The notes: generated by a model not told the origin, from the sequence alone. A stretch of DNA of 64,000 nt from an uncultured Ruminococcus sp. (GCA_946493775.1 CAMMBC010000005.1:3417-67416); one strand, 5' to 3'; numbered from the stretch's first letter, positions 39,147-48,987 are shown. A program made the numbers and translations.

Positions 39147-39184
39147 AAAAAACCCTTCGGCTAGTCGGACCGAAGGGTTTTTCG
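39147..39184. terminator. Bidirectional intrinsic terminator upstream of recG
   Basis: Stem aaaacccttcgg/ccgaagggtttt with A and T runs on the two sides. Confidence 0.8.
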
Positions 39185-39302
39185 TATTGAGAAGGATATG
39201 TTCTTTAGATGCAAGAAATTCAGAGGCAAGGCTCGTGCCTGAAACACAATATTTTATAAAAACTGCCCTCCCTCTGAATTTCCTGAATCAATTTAAAGCA
39301 TA

Positions 39303-39452
39303 TTAAATCGTATTGTCGTTTTTACCCGCTTCTGTCTGTCGGCTGTCCTTTTCTATAAGCCTATAATACATTTTCAGCGCCGTAAGCTTTACAGCCGTTA
39401 CTGAAGCAATAATAAAAACGCATAGCAGCAGCACAAAAATCATAGTTTTCAT
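39303..39452 (-). CDS. Small single-pass membrane protein (49 aa; a longer 84-aa form is possible)
   Basis: MKTMIFVLLLCVFIIASVTAV... follows GGGAG. The 84-aa ORF-track form starting at 39557 has no SD. Confidence 0.35.
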   Translation of the reverse strand: MKTMIFVLLLCVFIIASVTAVKLTALKMYYRLIEKDSRQTEAGKNDNTI

Positions 39453-39590
39453 TTCGCTCCCTGAAGGAGCGTACCTCCTGGGATGTTTTGGCGTTTTATG
39501 TGCAGTCTCCTCTTCAAAAACTTCAGGGACATCTACGCAGCGGCACGCCTGAAACATATTTTATATTATGCAACGCTGTTAAATTTGTGT

Positions 39591-39610
39591 TTGGTTAGCC
39601 TTAGCTAATC
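39591..39610. promoter_or_regulatory. GTTAGC box A (DtxR/IdeR iron-box-like operator)
   Basis: ttGGTTAGCCTTAGCTAAtc contains TTAGC-N4-GCTAA and matches the first 9 nt of the core GGTTAGCCTAACC. It lies just downstream of the minus-strand -10 at 39620-39625. Confidence 0.5.
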
Positions 39611-39619
39611 ACAAGTATT

Positions 39620-39647
39620 ATTATACACATTCCTGCAAAAAAGTCAA
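39620..39647 (-). promoter_or_regulatory. Sigma-A-type promoter for the small minus-strand ORF
   Basis: On the minus strand: TTGACT, a 16-nt spacer, then TATAAT. Confidence 0.55.
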
Positions 39648-39700
39648 TAGCATTTTTATCTCAATCAAAAGATTTGTATATTTGCACATATTTTAATTAC

Positions 39701-39717
39701 TTATTGCTAACTAAATT
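39701..39717. promoter_or_regulatory. GTTAGC box B
   Basis: The reverse complement reads aatttaGTTAGCAATAa and shares the GTTAGC-(A/C)(A/T)TA core with boxes A and C. Confidence 0.35.
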
Positions 39718-39758
39718 CGTGCACACCATACATAATATAAAAACTCAATAAAATCGTA

Positions 39759-39787
39759 TTGACAACTGCAGCTTTAAGGGATATAAT
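39759..39787 (+). promoter_or_regulatory. Consensus sigma-A promoter of the DtxR-like regulator gene
   Basis: TTGACA, a 17-nt spacer, then TATAAT, all perfect. Confidence 0.7.
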
Positions 39788-39790
39788 TGA

Positions 39791-39806
39791 GTTAGCATTA
39801 AGCAAC
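39791..39806. promoter_or_regulatory. GTTAGC box C
   Basis: GTTAGCATTAAGCAAC starts 4 nt after the -10 of the regulator promoter. Confidence 0.45.
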
Positions 39807-39850
39807 TATACTATAAACCTGAAAGGAGTAAGGCTTTCAAAGCCGAAAAA

Positions 39851-40234
39851 ATGACAGACGCTTTAAAAAGATATCTTCTGGCAATATACGAATTAAGCGA
39901 CGGAGGAAAGCCGGTCAAATCGACGGAGGTTTCCAAAAAACTCAACGTCACAAAATCCTCAACTGCAAAAATGACGGCAAAGCTGGAGCTTCACGGACTT
40001 ATTTCAAAGCCGTATTATTCCGAAATAACCCTTACCCCGGCCGGCATTTCCTGCGCCGGAGCGCTTTATACCAACAAGGTAATAATCCATGAATTTCTTT
40101 CACGCTTTATGAAAATTACTGAACCTGACGCCGAAAACGATGCTGTAACCTGCATTTGCAGTCTTTCGGACAAGACGGTTGAAAATCTTGTAAGACTGAC
40201 GATAAAAAACGTTGACAAAAGACGCAAAAAATAA
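39851..40234 (+). CDS. Short DtxR/MntR-family metal-dependent transcriptional regulator
   Basis: 127 aa. N-terminal winged HTH (RYLLAIYELSDGGKPVKSTEVSKKLNVTKSSTAKMTAKL) and a dimerisation helix (HEFLSRFM). There is no SH3-like domain. Confidence 0.7.
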   Translation: MTDALKRYLLAIYELSDGGKPVKSTEVSKKLNVTKSSTAKMTAKLELHGLISKPYYSEITLTPAGISCAGALYTNKVIIHEFLSRFMKITEPDAENDAVTCICSLSDKTVENLVRLTIKNVDKRRKK

Positions 40235-40320
40235 AAAGCGGGACCGACCATGCGTCAGCCCCGCTCAGAGGAGAAAATTTATGAAAAAACAACATCGAGC
40301 CGATACCTCACGGCATCGTC

Positions 40321-40860
40321 TTAATAGTTTTCAGCCTTAACCTGAAAATACGACTGAGGATGGCTGCACACCGGACAAACCTCCGGAGCCTTTTTTCCTA
40401 CAACAATGTGTCCGCAGTTCCTGCACTCCCAGATCTGATCTCCGTCCTTCGAGAATACCAGATCCCCCTCAACATTTTTAAGCAGCTTTCTGAAGCGTTC
40501 CTCATGCGTCTTTTCGATATCCCCAACTTTCTCGAAAAGATAAGCTATATGATCGAAACCTTCTTCCTTAGCTACTTTTGCAAATTCGGCATACATATCG
40601 GTCCACTCGTAATTCTCACCCTCGGCCGCGTCAAGCAGATTCTCAGGAGTCGAAGGCATACCGTCATGAAGCAGCTTAAACCATATCTTTGCGTGCTCCT
40701 TTTCATTGTTAGCCGTTTCCTCAAAAAGAGCTGCTATCTGCTGATAGCCGTCCTTTCTGGCCTTGCTCGCATAATATGTATATTTGTTTCTTGCCTGTGA
40801 CTCGCCCGCAAATGCAGTCATCAGATTCTGCTCCGTTCTGGAACCCTTTAATTCTGCCAT
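40321..40860 (-). CDS. rbr: Rubrerythrin
   Basis: Ferritin-like diiron domain ([18 protein letters not shown]) plus a C-terminal rubredoxin CxxC...CxxC (CRNC...CPVC). Confidence 0.9.
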   Translation of the reverse strand: MAELKGSRTEQNLMTAFAGESQARNKYTYYASKARKDGYQQIAALFEETANNEKEHAKIWFKLLHDGMPSTPENLLDAAEGENYEWTDMYAEFAKVAKEEGFDHIAYLFEKVGDIEKTHEERFRKLLKNVEGDLVFSKDGDQIWECRNCGHIVVGKKAPEVCPVCSHPQSYFQVKAENY

Positions 40861-41023
40861 AATCAACACTCCTTTATAAAAGTTTTATTATACATAGTAT
40901 ACCAGATAATTTGTTAACGGTCAATAAGTTTTTATAAAAGCGAAATAAATTTTGCAAATATTAATTAATTTGTTTGACTGAATTATATTTATTAAAGCAG
41001 CTGCAGTTCATATATAAAGCGAC

Positions 41024-41071
41024 AAAGCGACGCCGCGCAAAGTTTCAAATGACTTTGTGCGGTGTCGCTTT
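41024..41071. other. 20-bp hairpin downstream of the DHHW gene with strand-asymmetric pairing
   Basis: aaagcgacgccgcgcaaagt, 8 nt, actttgtgcggtgtcgcttt. The stem is perfect with two G-U pairs on plus-strand RNA and has two A-C mismatches on minus-strand RNA. Confidence 0.6.
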
Positions 41072-41112
41072 TATATTCTTGCTGCACAATCGCTGATTTA
41101 CAGCAATTCCCG

Positions 41113-43158
41113 TTATTTGTTCAGATCTTCACGGATCGCCTCGATATGCGAAGGTGTATAGCAGGCGGACAGAGACACCGAAAACAGCACGTCTGTCGCT
41201 CCTACATTCTCCATAAACTCTTTGGCGTTGATGTCCATATATCTGAAATCGCATACATAGATCCTGGAAAAGCTATGGGTAAGGAATGGAACCAGAGCGT
41301 TTCCGTAGCTGTCTTTCATAATCACCAGCGTTCTGCCGTTTTCGCAGTCGGTTGTAATTTCGACTATCTGCTCGTCTCTGTTAAGTATTGCCGAGTAGCA
41401 GTTTACTCCGCTGGCATAATCAAAGAACAGCGAACCTTCATATCCGTTTTCAAAAGAAGTATCGTAATACCTGACCGTATAATCGTTATCCGGTTTATAA
41501 TAAATAAACGTATCGGGATTTTCGTTAAGTTCTTCGTCATAGTCGCTGTAGGCGTACATAGTTCCTACAAATCCTTCTATCTCGCACCTTTCATACGTGC
41601 TAAGCGCCGGAAAATCCACCCCCGCCTTTTCGGCAAAAACCTGAGCCGCATAATAAGCACCCCTGGGCTGCCAATGATGATCGGTTCTTGAATAGATATA
41701 TTCATCCGTATGCTTTTCGAGAGCACTGTAAACATTGCAGTCTATTACTCCGCTCAGATTCAGTCCGATATTCTCAATGCAGTCCTCCTGGTCAGAAAAC
41801 GAATCCTTCAGATTATCGGGCATATAGAACGCCGACGAAAGCGGTATACTCATATTATATACGTTTACTCCGCTGCCCAGGGCCTCCTTATAGCTGTTCA
41901 CCGCCTGAGCATATTTTTCGCCGTTTTCAAAGGTTCCGTAAAAAGCGCTCATAGCTCTTACGTTTTCTCCGGAGCCGGCAACCACTACGTTTCCTGCCCA
42001 TGCACCGTCGTCAAGCTTCTGCTCCTCTTTCTTTTCCGTCGTTGTGGTTTTCTTTTTGGAAGCCGTTGTTGTAGTCTTTGATGTTTCCTTTGTAGTAACG
42101 CTTCCCGTAAAGGCAGTCACCGTTGTGGTGGTCGCCTTTTTATTTTCGTCAAGCTTTTCTTTCTCCACAACCGAAACGTCACCTTTTATTTTAACGTCGT
42201 TTATATGTATCCCCAGCATATCCGAAAAAGCGCTGCTGAATTTTTTCAGATTTTCACGGTTGGGTATAGTATCCGTATAATATTCTGTTATTCCGCTTGT
42301 AAACTCTCCGTTGAGATAAGAAGATATGCTGAACTCGGGAAATTCTGCAAGATTGCGGTTCTCGGAATGTATAAATCCGCTTTCGCGGTGCATGACCACA
42401 AGCGCAACGCCTACCCCAAATATGAGCAGTATGCAAAGCACCGAATTTATAAAATTAAACTCAAGGTCATAATCCTTATATCGGTCATTTTCTTTTCTAT
42501 CTCTTTCCGCTGCTGCATCGCTTCCGGCATTATCAGAGTTCTCAGACTTTTTCTTTTCCGCTCCGACAAGATCAGCTTTACTCACCGTTATTTCAACTGT
42601 CTGCTTAAAGCTGTTTTCCCCCGTGTCTTTATTTTCAGATCCGACGGCGTAAGCTGTACTTCCCGCATTTGGGATCCTTTTTTCCTCCTCCCGGCTGTGA
42701 ACCGGAATATCGGGAGTCTTTGGAACTCCGAACCCCTCATAATATTCTTTCGGGATCTTCAGCACAAAATTTTTCTTTGACGGCTGACCCTTGGGCTTTT
42801 CCGCAGTTATCGGCTTAAGCAGCTCCTGCGGCGGATTATTCTCCTCCGGAGGACGCGCTTGATCAGTATCGTCGTCAAGCCATATACTTTTTCTCACCGG
42901 TATTACAGGCTCGTCGGTCCAGATGCTTTTGCTGACCTTTCGCCGCTTTGCAATCTCCTCCAGCATTTTTTCAAAAACCTCTCCGGATTCCTCCTCAGAC
43001 CGACCGGCATCCGCAGGCTCAGCAATGCTGTCGGCATTTTCTTCTATCAGGCCAAGACGTTCCAGACTTTCACGATAGGCCTGTTCCAGCTTTTCCGTAT
43101 CTGACACGCCAAAATCTCTTTTTTTCATGCCTGAGCTTTTATCTTTAGTATTCTCCAT
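41113..43158 (-). CDS. DHHW-motif (AlgX/AlgJ/DltD-like SGNH) protein with a long low-complexity N-terminal extension
   Basis: YSRTDHHWQPRGAYYAAQ carries the DHHW motif. One TM (VLCILLIFGVGVALVVM). About 240 aa of acidic/basic N-terminal region and a Thr/Lys-rich linker. Confidence 0.75.
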   Translation of the reverse strand: MENTKDKSSGMKKRDFGVSDTEKLEQAYRESLERLGLIEENADSIAEPADAGRSEEESGEVFEKMLEEIAKRRKVSKSIWTDEPVIPVRKSIWLDDDTDQARPPEENNPPQELLKPITAEKPKGQPSKKNFVLKIPKEYYEGFGVPKTPDIPVHSREEEKRIPNAGSTAYAVGSENKDTGENSFKQTVEITVSKADLVGAEKKKSENSDNAGSDAAAERDRKENDRYKDYDLEFNFINSVLCILLIFGVGVALVVMHRESGFIHSENRNLAEFPEFSISSYLNGEFTSGITEYYTDTIPNRENLKKFSSAFSDMLGIHINDVKIKGDVSVVEKEKLDENKKATTTTVTAFTGSVTTKETSKTTTTASKKKTTTTEKKEEQKLDDGAWAGNVVVAGSGENVRAMSAFYGTFENGEKYAQAVNSYKEALGSGVNVYNMSIPLSSAFYMPDNLKDSFSDQEDCIENIGLNLSGVIDCNVYSALEKHTDEYIYSRTDHHWQPRGAYYAAQVFAEKAGVDFPALSTYERCEIEGFVGTMYAYSDYDEELNENPDTFIYYKPDNDYTVRYYDTSFENGYEGSLFFDYASGVNCYSAILNRDEQIVEITTDCENGRTLVIMKDSYGNALVPFLTHSFSRIYVCDFRYMDINAKEFMENVGATDVLFSVSLSACYTPSHIEAIREDLNK

Positions 43159-43176
43159 TTTTTATATTCTCTCCAA

Positions 43177-44598
43177 TTAAAATCTGAAATACAGAAACGG
43201 ATTGTTTGTATTGTTAAGAAGCAGCAAACTGCTTACTGCAAGAACGGCGATATTGCACGCCATTCCGGCCGTTCTGACAGCATAATACGCTCCTGCCCTT
43301 TTTGCTGCAAGTTCTTTTATTTTCGGTATAACGGGGCAGCAAAGTATAATCGCCGCTGCAAAGAGAAAAATATTATTCATAAACAGATTATTGGTTACAG
43401 CGTCGGTAAGCTTATTTCCGTTGGCTCCTACAAGCGCTTTAAAGAATGTGCCGAGAGAACCGAGATTTTCGAAATAGAATATTCCGAAGCCCACCGCAAT
43501 AATGATTTTACTGTAAATATGACTGACCGCCGCCGGCCACTTTTTCATACGCTTTTTCCCTATCCACATTTCAATGCAGATAAACAGTCCGTAATACAAT
43601 CCCCAGAAAATAAAATTCCAGCTTGCCCCATGCCATAGTCCGGTACAGAACCATACAAGAAACAGTCCCCCATACTTTCTTCTCTTCCCGAAAATAGGCA
43701 CATATAAAAGATAGTCTCTGAAAAACGAGCCTAAAGAGATATGCCATCTCTGCCAGAACTCGGTGATATTTTTGCAGACAAACGGATATCTGAAATTTTC
43801 TTCAAAATGAAAGCCGAATATTCTGCCCAGGCCGATTGCAATATCCGAATATCCCGAAAAATCAAAATAATACCAAAGGGCTACCAGCACCGTTCCGTAC
43901 CATGTTCCCAGAACCGAAAGCGTCTTTATCGCCTCGTACCCATTATCGGAAGTTCCGAAACAGGCAGTTACAACGCTGTTAAGATTGTTGGCTATTATGA
44001 CCTTTTTCCCTATACCCAGTATTATCCTCGAAAAGCCGTCCGATAAATCCTTCGCCGTTGTTCTTCTGCAGTCAATCTCCTCGGCGATAGTGGAATACCT
44101 TACTATAGGACCCGCAACAAGCTGCGGAAACATTGAAACATAAAGCAAAAACTTAGCAAAGCTTTTCTGTGCGCTTATCTTTCCCCAATAGCAGTCCAGG
44201 GAATAAGAAATAGTCTGAAACGTATAGAACGAAATTCCGATAGGGAGAGCAATATCCGGTATACTAAGAGCGGTTCCGAATATTGCATTGATATTCTCTA
44301 CCAAAAATCCGCTGTATTTAAAGACACCGAGAACTCCCAGGTCAATAATAAGTGAAAGCGCCAAGGTCGCTTTTGCTCCCGGTTTTCCCCTGAACCGTTC
44401 TATAAGCAGTCCTGTAATATAATTCAGCAGAGAATAGCCAACAAGCAGGCAAACCCAGACAGGCTCACCCCAAGCGTAAAAAATCAAAGAGAATACAATA
44501 AGAACACCGTTTCTGATACCAGTTTTTCTGGTGATAAAATAAAAAATCAAGCACAACGGCAGAAAAAAATAAATAAAAAACAAATCTGCAAAAACCAC
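43177..44598 (-). CDS. MBOAT-family membrane O-acyltransferase (AlgI/DltB-like)
   Basis: Polytopic, with FWQRWHISLGSFFRDYLY and WHGASWNF motifs. I placed the start at the GTG at 44598, 7 nt after AGGAG. Confidence 0.85.
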   Translation of the reverse strand: MVFADLFFIYFFLPLCLIFYFITRKTGIRNGVLIVFSLIFYAWGEPVWVCLLVGYSLLNYITGLLIERFRGKPGAKATLALSLIIDLGVLGVFKYSGFLVENINAIFGTALSIPDIALPIGISFYTFQTISYSLDCYWGKISAQKSFAKFLLYVSMFPQLVAGPIVRYSTIAEEIDCRRTTAKDLSDGFSRIILGIGKKVIIANNLNSVVTACFGTSDNGYEAIKTLSVLGTWYGTVLVALWYYFDFSGYSDIAIGLGRIFGFHFEENFRYPFVCKNITEFWQRWHISLGSFFRDYLLYVPIFGKRRKYGGLFLVWFCTGLWHGASWNFIFWGLYYGLFICIEMWIGKKRMKKWPAAVSHIYSKIIIAVGFGIFYFENLGSLGTFFKALVGANGNKLTDAVTNNLFMNNIFLFAAAIILCCPVIPKIKELAAKRAGAYYAVRTAGMACNIAVLAVSSLLLLNNTNNPFLYFRF

Positions 44599-44918
44599 GA
44601 CGACACTCCTTAACAATTTCAACGCCGGGCAAACCAGCCGAAAGCCATACTACACACATTACTTATAAAGACAGCTTGTCCCGTCGCCTGAACATTGCAA
44701 AACATTAACTGCGGATATATTTCACCAAATTTCGATACACAATTTATTATATCACCGCTCAGACCCGCCGTCAATAGAAATCAGTCCATAAAATTACACA
44801 GTTTTACAATGCTGTTTCCAGTGATTTTTGACATATTTTACGGACAAAAAACAACGGGGCATTGCCCCGTCATTCATCGTAAATCCTTTAAATTACTGCA
44901 AACTCACGCCAATCACTT

Positions 44919-45545
44919 TCAGTCGATAATGCTCTTTACGGGAGCGTTGTCTCTCTCCCGCTTTTCCGCCCGTTTTTTCTTGATGCGCTTAACGATATAT
45001 ATTGCAAGCAAAACCGCAGAAATTAACGTCATTATCAGCAGAGGATAGAAATATGTCATATAGGTCTTATCCAGCTTCTGAAGCTCTGCGTCGGAAACAT
45101 AATTTATCTCAAGCTTTTTCTGAGTTTCGGAAATTATATATCCTGCCGAGTACATAAAACTTGCCGTACCGACGGCGATAAAAGCAAACTGAAGTATATA
45201 TCTGCTGAAAAACGCCAAAAATAATCCTGCCAGACACAGAACCGCACCGATTGCCAGAAATACGGCAATTCTTTTAGGCATACCTACCATTTCCCCGGTA
45301 GCTATTCCCACAATAAATATCCCTCCGTAATAAAACGCCGAATATCCGAACGGAAGAATCATCAGAAGCTTTAATATGAGAGTTAATATATTATTGGCTT
45401 TCCTTGCTTTTTTCCTCAGCTTTTCGCCTGCCTTGCTGGACCTTCCGGACGCTTCCGCCTTCTCGGCAAGCTCCTGCTGCTCCAGCTCCTTTTTAAGAAT
45501 AAGCTGTTTTTCGCTTTGTGCTTTAAGTCTGTCCTTTTTTGACAT
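44919..45545 (-). CDS. Hypothetical membrane protein with a charged N-terminal coiled region
   Basis: MSKKDRLKAQSEKQLILKKELEQQE... followed by 4 TM segments. SD is AGAGGTG. Confidence 0.5.
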   Translation of the reverse strand: MSKKDRLKAQSEKQLILKKELEQQELAEKAEASGRSSKAGEKLRKKARKANNILTLILKLLMILPFGYSAFYYGGIFIVGIATGEMVGMPKRIAVFLAIGAVLCLAGLFLAFFSRYILQFAFIAVGTASFMYSAGYIISETQKKLEINYVSDAELQKLDKTYMTYFYPLLIMTLISAVLLAIYIVKRIKKKRAEKRERDNAPVKSIID

Positions 45546-45843
45546 AATACACCTCTGTATATGTATTAAAATATTTATATGGTATCGCCCTAATATTGTA
45601 CCACACATACATCAAAATATCAAGTCCATGCGTAATTTTAACGTACAGTTCAAACTCCTGTGCAAATCCGCAAAACCACGATTCCTGATCTTGTCATGAT
45701 AAATAAATCCCAAAGAAACTTTTTTCAGTTCTTCCAATGAAAAATATACTTGCCTGACGGTCTGAATTAAAGTCAGGACGCAGTCAACAATAAATCTATA
45801 AACGATAAAAAACGGAATTTGAAAAAAGAAAGGAATGATCAAA

Positions 45844-47097
45844 ATGGGCAGGTTAATAAAAAGCGCCGCAGCCGCTATCGGGATAGTTACGCTTGGAATC
45901 ATGGGGCTAGTCGGATTTTATTCCATTGCGCTTCCGGATTTTTACTATGTTTCAGACGGCGGTCAGCTTACAGTTAATTCAATGTTTTCAATTTCTGCCA
46001 AATCTTCCGAGCAATCGGTTCAGGCAGCAGAATCATTGGAGGGAAAAACAGAGGTGAATATTAACAGTTCGGAAGCTTCCATAACAAAAGTTGAGGACAG
46101 TACTTTGATGCTTTTCGGAACGATTCCGATCAAGGACGTTCAAACCGGTCAGATAACAAGACCGAAGCTTGTTCCGTGCGGACAACCCTTCGGAATAAGA
46201 CTTGTCACCGACGGAGTAATGGTAATCGATCTTGAAAAGCTGGAAGGCAGCTGCCCGGCAGCGGAATGTGGGATCAAAAAAGGAGACGTTATTGTTTCCG
46301 TAAACGGAGTGAGCGTTTCCACCAACAAGGGAATAAGCGACATTATTTCAGGCTCAAAGGGAAAGCCCTGCACGGTCGAATACAGAAGCGGCAGCGATCA
46401 AAAAACCGCGACGCTCACTCCTGTTTACCACGACGGCACATATAAAGCAGGAATATGGGTAAGAGATTCTTCAGCCGGGATAGGAACGCTTACCTTTTAC
46501 GACCCAAGCTCGGGAGCTTTCGGAGGGCTCGGTCATCCCATTTGCGATGCTGACACAAAGCTTCCTTTGCCTCTTTCCCACGGCACCGTCGGAGAGGTAA
46601 AAATAACCGGATTTAATAAAAGCGTAAAAGGCGATCCCGGTCAGCTGCTGGGCGAATTCTCCTCATCAGCATCGGTTGGCGATATAACAATAAATAATGA
46701 ATCGGGAGTTTTCGGAACGCTAAACTCCTCTCCAAGCGACCAAAAAGCAATAGAATTGGGATTCCGACAGGAGGTTCACACGGGAGAAGCTGTAATTTAT
46801 ACCACAATAGATGACAACGAAACCAAAGAATATAAAATCAGCATCGAAAAGGTCGACCTCAACGACGACGCTGAGCATGATCTGATAGTTAAAATCACGG
46901 ATCCAGAACTGCTTGAAAAAACAGGCGGTATACTCCAGGGTATGAGCGGAAGCCCGATCATTCAGGACGGAAGGCTGGTCGGAGCGATAACTCACGTCTT
47001 TATCGACGACCCTCAGCAGGGTTACGGAATATTTGCCGACTCAATGTATAACAATTCGTCAAAATGCTCAAAAACGGAACTGGAACTTGCAGGCTGA
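45844..47097 (+). CDS. spoIVB: Stage IV sporulation protein B (S55 signalling peptidase)
   Basis: Signal anchor, PDZ region and the GMSGSPI catalytic Ser motif. It lies directly upstream of spo0A, as in Bacillus and Clostridium. Confidence 0.9.
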   Translation: MGRLIKSAAAAIGIVTLGIMGLVGFYSIALPDFYYVSDGGQLTVNSMFSISAKSSEQSVQAAESLEGKTEVNINSSEASITKVEDSTLMLFGTIPIKDVQTGQITRPKLVPCGQPFGIRLVTDGVMVIDLEKLEGSCPAAECGIKKGDVIVSVNGVSVSTNKGISDIISGSKGKPCTVEYRSGSDQKTATLTPVYHDGTYKAGIWVRDSSAGIGTLTFYDPSSGAFGGLGHPICDADTKLPLPLSHGTVGEVKITGFNKSVKGDPGQLLGEFSSSASVGDITINNESGVFGTLNSSPSDQKAIELGFRQEVHTGEAVIYTTIDDNETKEYKISIEKVDLNDDAEHDLIVKITDPELLEKTGGILQGMSGSPIIQDGRLVGAITHVFIDDPQQGYGIFADSMYNNSSKCSKTELELAG

Positions 47098-47280
47098 CAA
47101 CCGCATAATTACGTGAAATTTCTCGGATTTCATCATATTTTAAAGTTAGAATTTTGTCGTTTGATACAACGTTATGTCTTTTAAACAAGAATTATTAATA
47201 ATTGTTATATTTCTTGCTATTTCATTGTTGTTTTTGCACAAAGAAGTCGATAAAAAATTGACGTTTTTTCTAAAAAAGTA

Positions 47281-47309
47281 TTGATTTTTATATTTACCTG
47301 TGCTAAAAT
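47281..47309 (+). promoter_or_regulatory. Candidate sigma-A promoter upstream of spo0A
   Basis: TTGATT, a 17-nt spacer, then TGcTAAAAT (extended -10). It lies about 160 nt upstream of the ATG. Confidence 0.5.
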
Positions 47310-47469
47310 ATTTTTAGCGAAGAAATAACTCAGCTGATATTTTCTTGTAAAGTTCCTAGATAACGGCACTGAGCATTCTGTATTTACAAAATAGTCGACG
47401 ATTTTATTTTACAGCAATGCAATTGACCGAAGCTTTAATCTGACATTTAAATTTACGGAGGAAATAATT

Positions 47470-48252
47470 ATGACAAACAAAATCAAAATTCTTATCGGTG
47501 ATGATTCCGCTCAGTACGGAGTAAGCTGCGCTTCTGCTCTCAGAGCAATGGGCTTTTTTGTAATAACCCGCCCTAAAGACGGTCTTACTATTTTTGACGC
47601 AATTAAAAATGAAGTCCCCGACGTAGTAATCATCGAAGCGGTTATGCCGAATCTGGATGCTATCGAGCTTATCAAAAAACTTCAGGCGTCATCCTATAAA
47701 AAGCCGTTGTTTATAGTTACAAGCGCTTATGAAAACTCATTTATCGAACAGCAGGTAATGACTGCGGGAGCAGCGTATTTTATGCTTAAACCGTTTGACG
47801 TAAAAATTCTCGGAGAGCGTATAAAAGCTATGCTGGATATCGACACCGATATTGCCTCTGATATGTCTTTCTCAAGAACAAAGTCCAATCCGAATCTGGA
47901 GATAATAGTTACCGATATCATTCACCAGATAGGCGTTCCTGCCCACATCAAAGGATATCACTATCTGAGAGAAGCAATCATTCAGTCGGTCAATGACAAG
48001 GAAATGCTTGAGAGCGTTACAAAGCTATTATATCCCGCAGTTGCTAAAAAATTCAGTACGACACCGTCAAGAGTAGAGCGCGCCATAAGGCATGCAATCG
48101 AAATCGCATGGGACAGAGGCGATATCGATACGCTCAACAGCTTTTTCGGTTATACTGTAAACACCGGAAAAGGAAAGCCTACAAATTCCGAGTTTATTGC
48201 GCTTATCACTGATAAGATATGCCTGAAATATAAAACTACTATGCCGGCATAA
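47470..48252 (+). CDS. spo0A: Stage 0 sporulation protein A (master response regulator)
   Basis: Receiver domain plus a Spo0A-specific C-terminal domain ([29 protein letters not shown]). Confidence 0.95.
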   Translation: MTNKIKILIGDDSAQYGVSCASALRAMGFFVITRPKDGLTIFDAIKNEVPDVVIIEAVMPNLDAIELIKKLQASSYKKPLFIVTSAYENSFIEQQVMTAGAAYFMLKPFDVKILGERIKAMLDIDTDIASDMSFSRTKSNPNLEIIVTDIIHQIGVPAHIKGYHYLREAIIQSVNDKEMLESVTKLLYPAVAKKFSTTPSRVERAIRHAIEIAWDRGDIDTLNSFFGYTVNTGKGKPTNSEFIALITDKICLKYKTTMPA

Positions 48253-48570
48253 CAATACGAGATTTTACGGTTTCATCGATCAAACACAAAACGGGCGACT
48301 GACAGCCGTTCTCACAGTTAAAATCACGATTTATCGGTTTTTCTGCGCGAACGAGTATCAATCGCCCGTTATTTTTATAGTTCTTTTCAAAGCCTTAAAG
48401 TGCAGGATAAAAAATCAGACAAACACAGTTGGCTGACGCATGACTGTATAATCTACAAAATAATCATCTGTAGCAGCACATTGTATTCATCCGATATTCT
48501 ATATTATCCATAACTTAAGGCAATACCGCACAAAGCCTCCGGCGGTACTGCCTTAATAAATCTGCACAAT

Positions 48571-48598
48571 AAAAAAGGGACGGCAAAGCCGTCCCTTA
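48571..48598 (-). terminator. Intrinsic terminator after rplL
   Basis: Stem gggacggc/gccgtccc followed by a U6 run on the minus-strand RNA. Confidence 0.85.
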
Positions 48599-48615
48599 AC
48601 ATTTCAGATATTAAA

Positions 48616-48987
48616 TTACTTAAGCTCAACAGTTGCGCCGGCATCCTCAAGCTTAGCTTTGATTTCCTCAGCGTCAGCCTTGGAAACGCCTTCCTTGATT
48701 GCCTTAGGAGCGCCCTCAACGAGCTCCTTGGACTCCTTAAGACCAAGACCTGTGATCTCCTTAACAGCCTTGATTACAGCCATCTTAGCGTCACCGAAGG
48801 AAGCGAGAACTACATCGAACTCTGTCTTCTCTTCAGCAGCAGCGCCTGCGCCGCCGGCAGCAGGAGCAGCAGCAACAGCAGCTGTTACGCCGAACTCTTC
48901 CTGAATAGCGTCAACGAGCTCAGCAAGCTCGAGAACGGAAAGTGTCTTGATATCTTCTACGAATTTCATAATCTTCTCTGAAGCCAT
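48616..48987 (-). CDS. rplL: 50S ribosomal protein L7/L12
   Basis: Ala-rich hinge and a conserved C-terminal domain ([19 protein letters not shown]). Confidence 0.95.
   Translation of the reverse strand: MASEKIMKFVEDIKTLSVLELAELVDAIQEEFGVTAAVAAAPAAGGAGAAAEEKTEFDVVLASFGDAKMAVIKAVKEITGLGLKESKELVEGAPKAIKEGVSKADAEEIKAKLEDAGATVELK

Noticed and set aside
47150-47400. Spo0A-box-like heptamers (AGTCGAT, AGTCGAC, TGTCGTT) and possible sigma-H elements upstream of spo0A.
   Set aside because: Each matches TGTCGAA at only 5-6 of 7 positions, and I found no convincing sigma-H -35/-10 pair. They are too weak to report without a scan against a position weight matrix.
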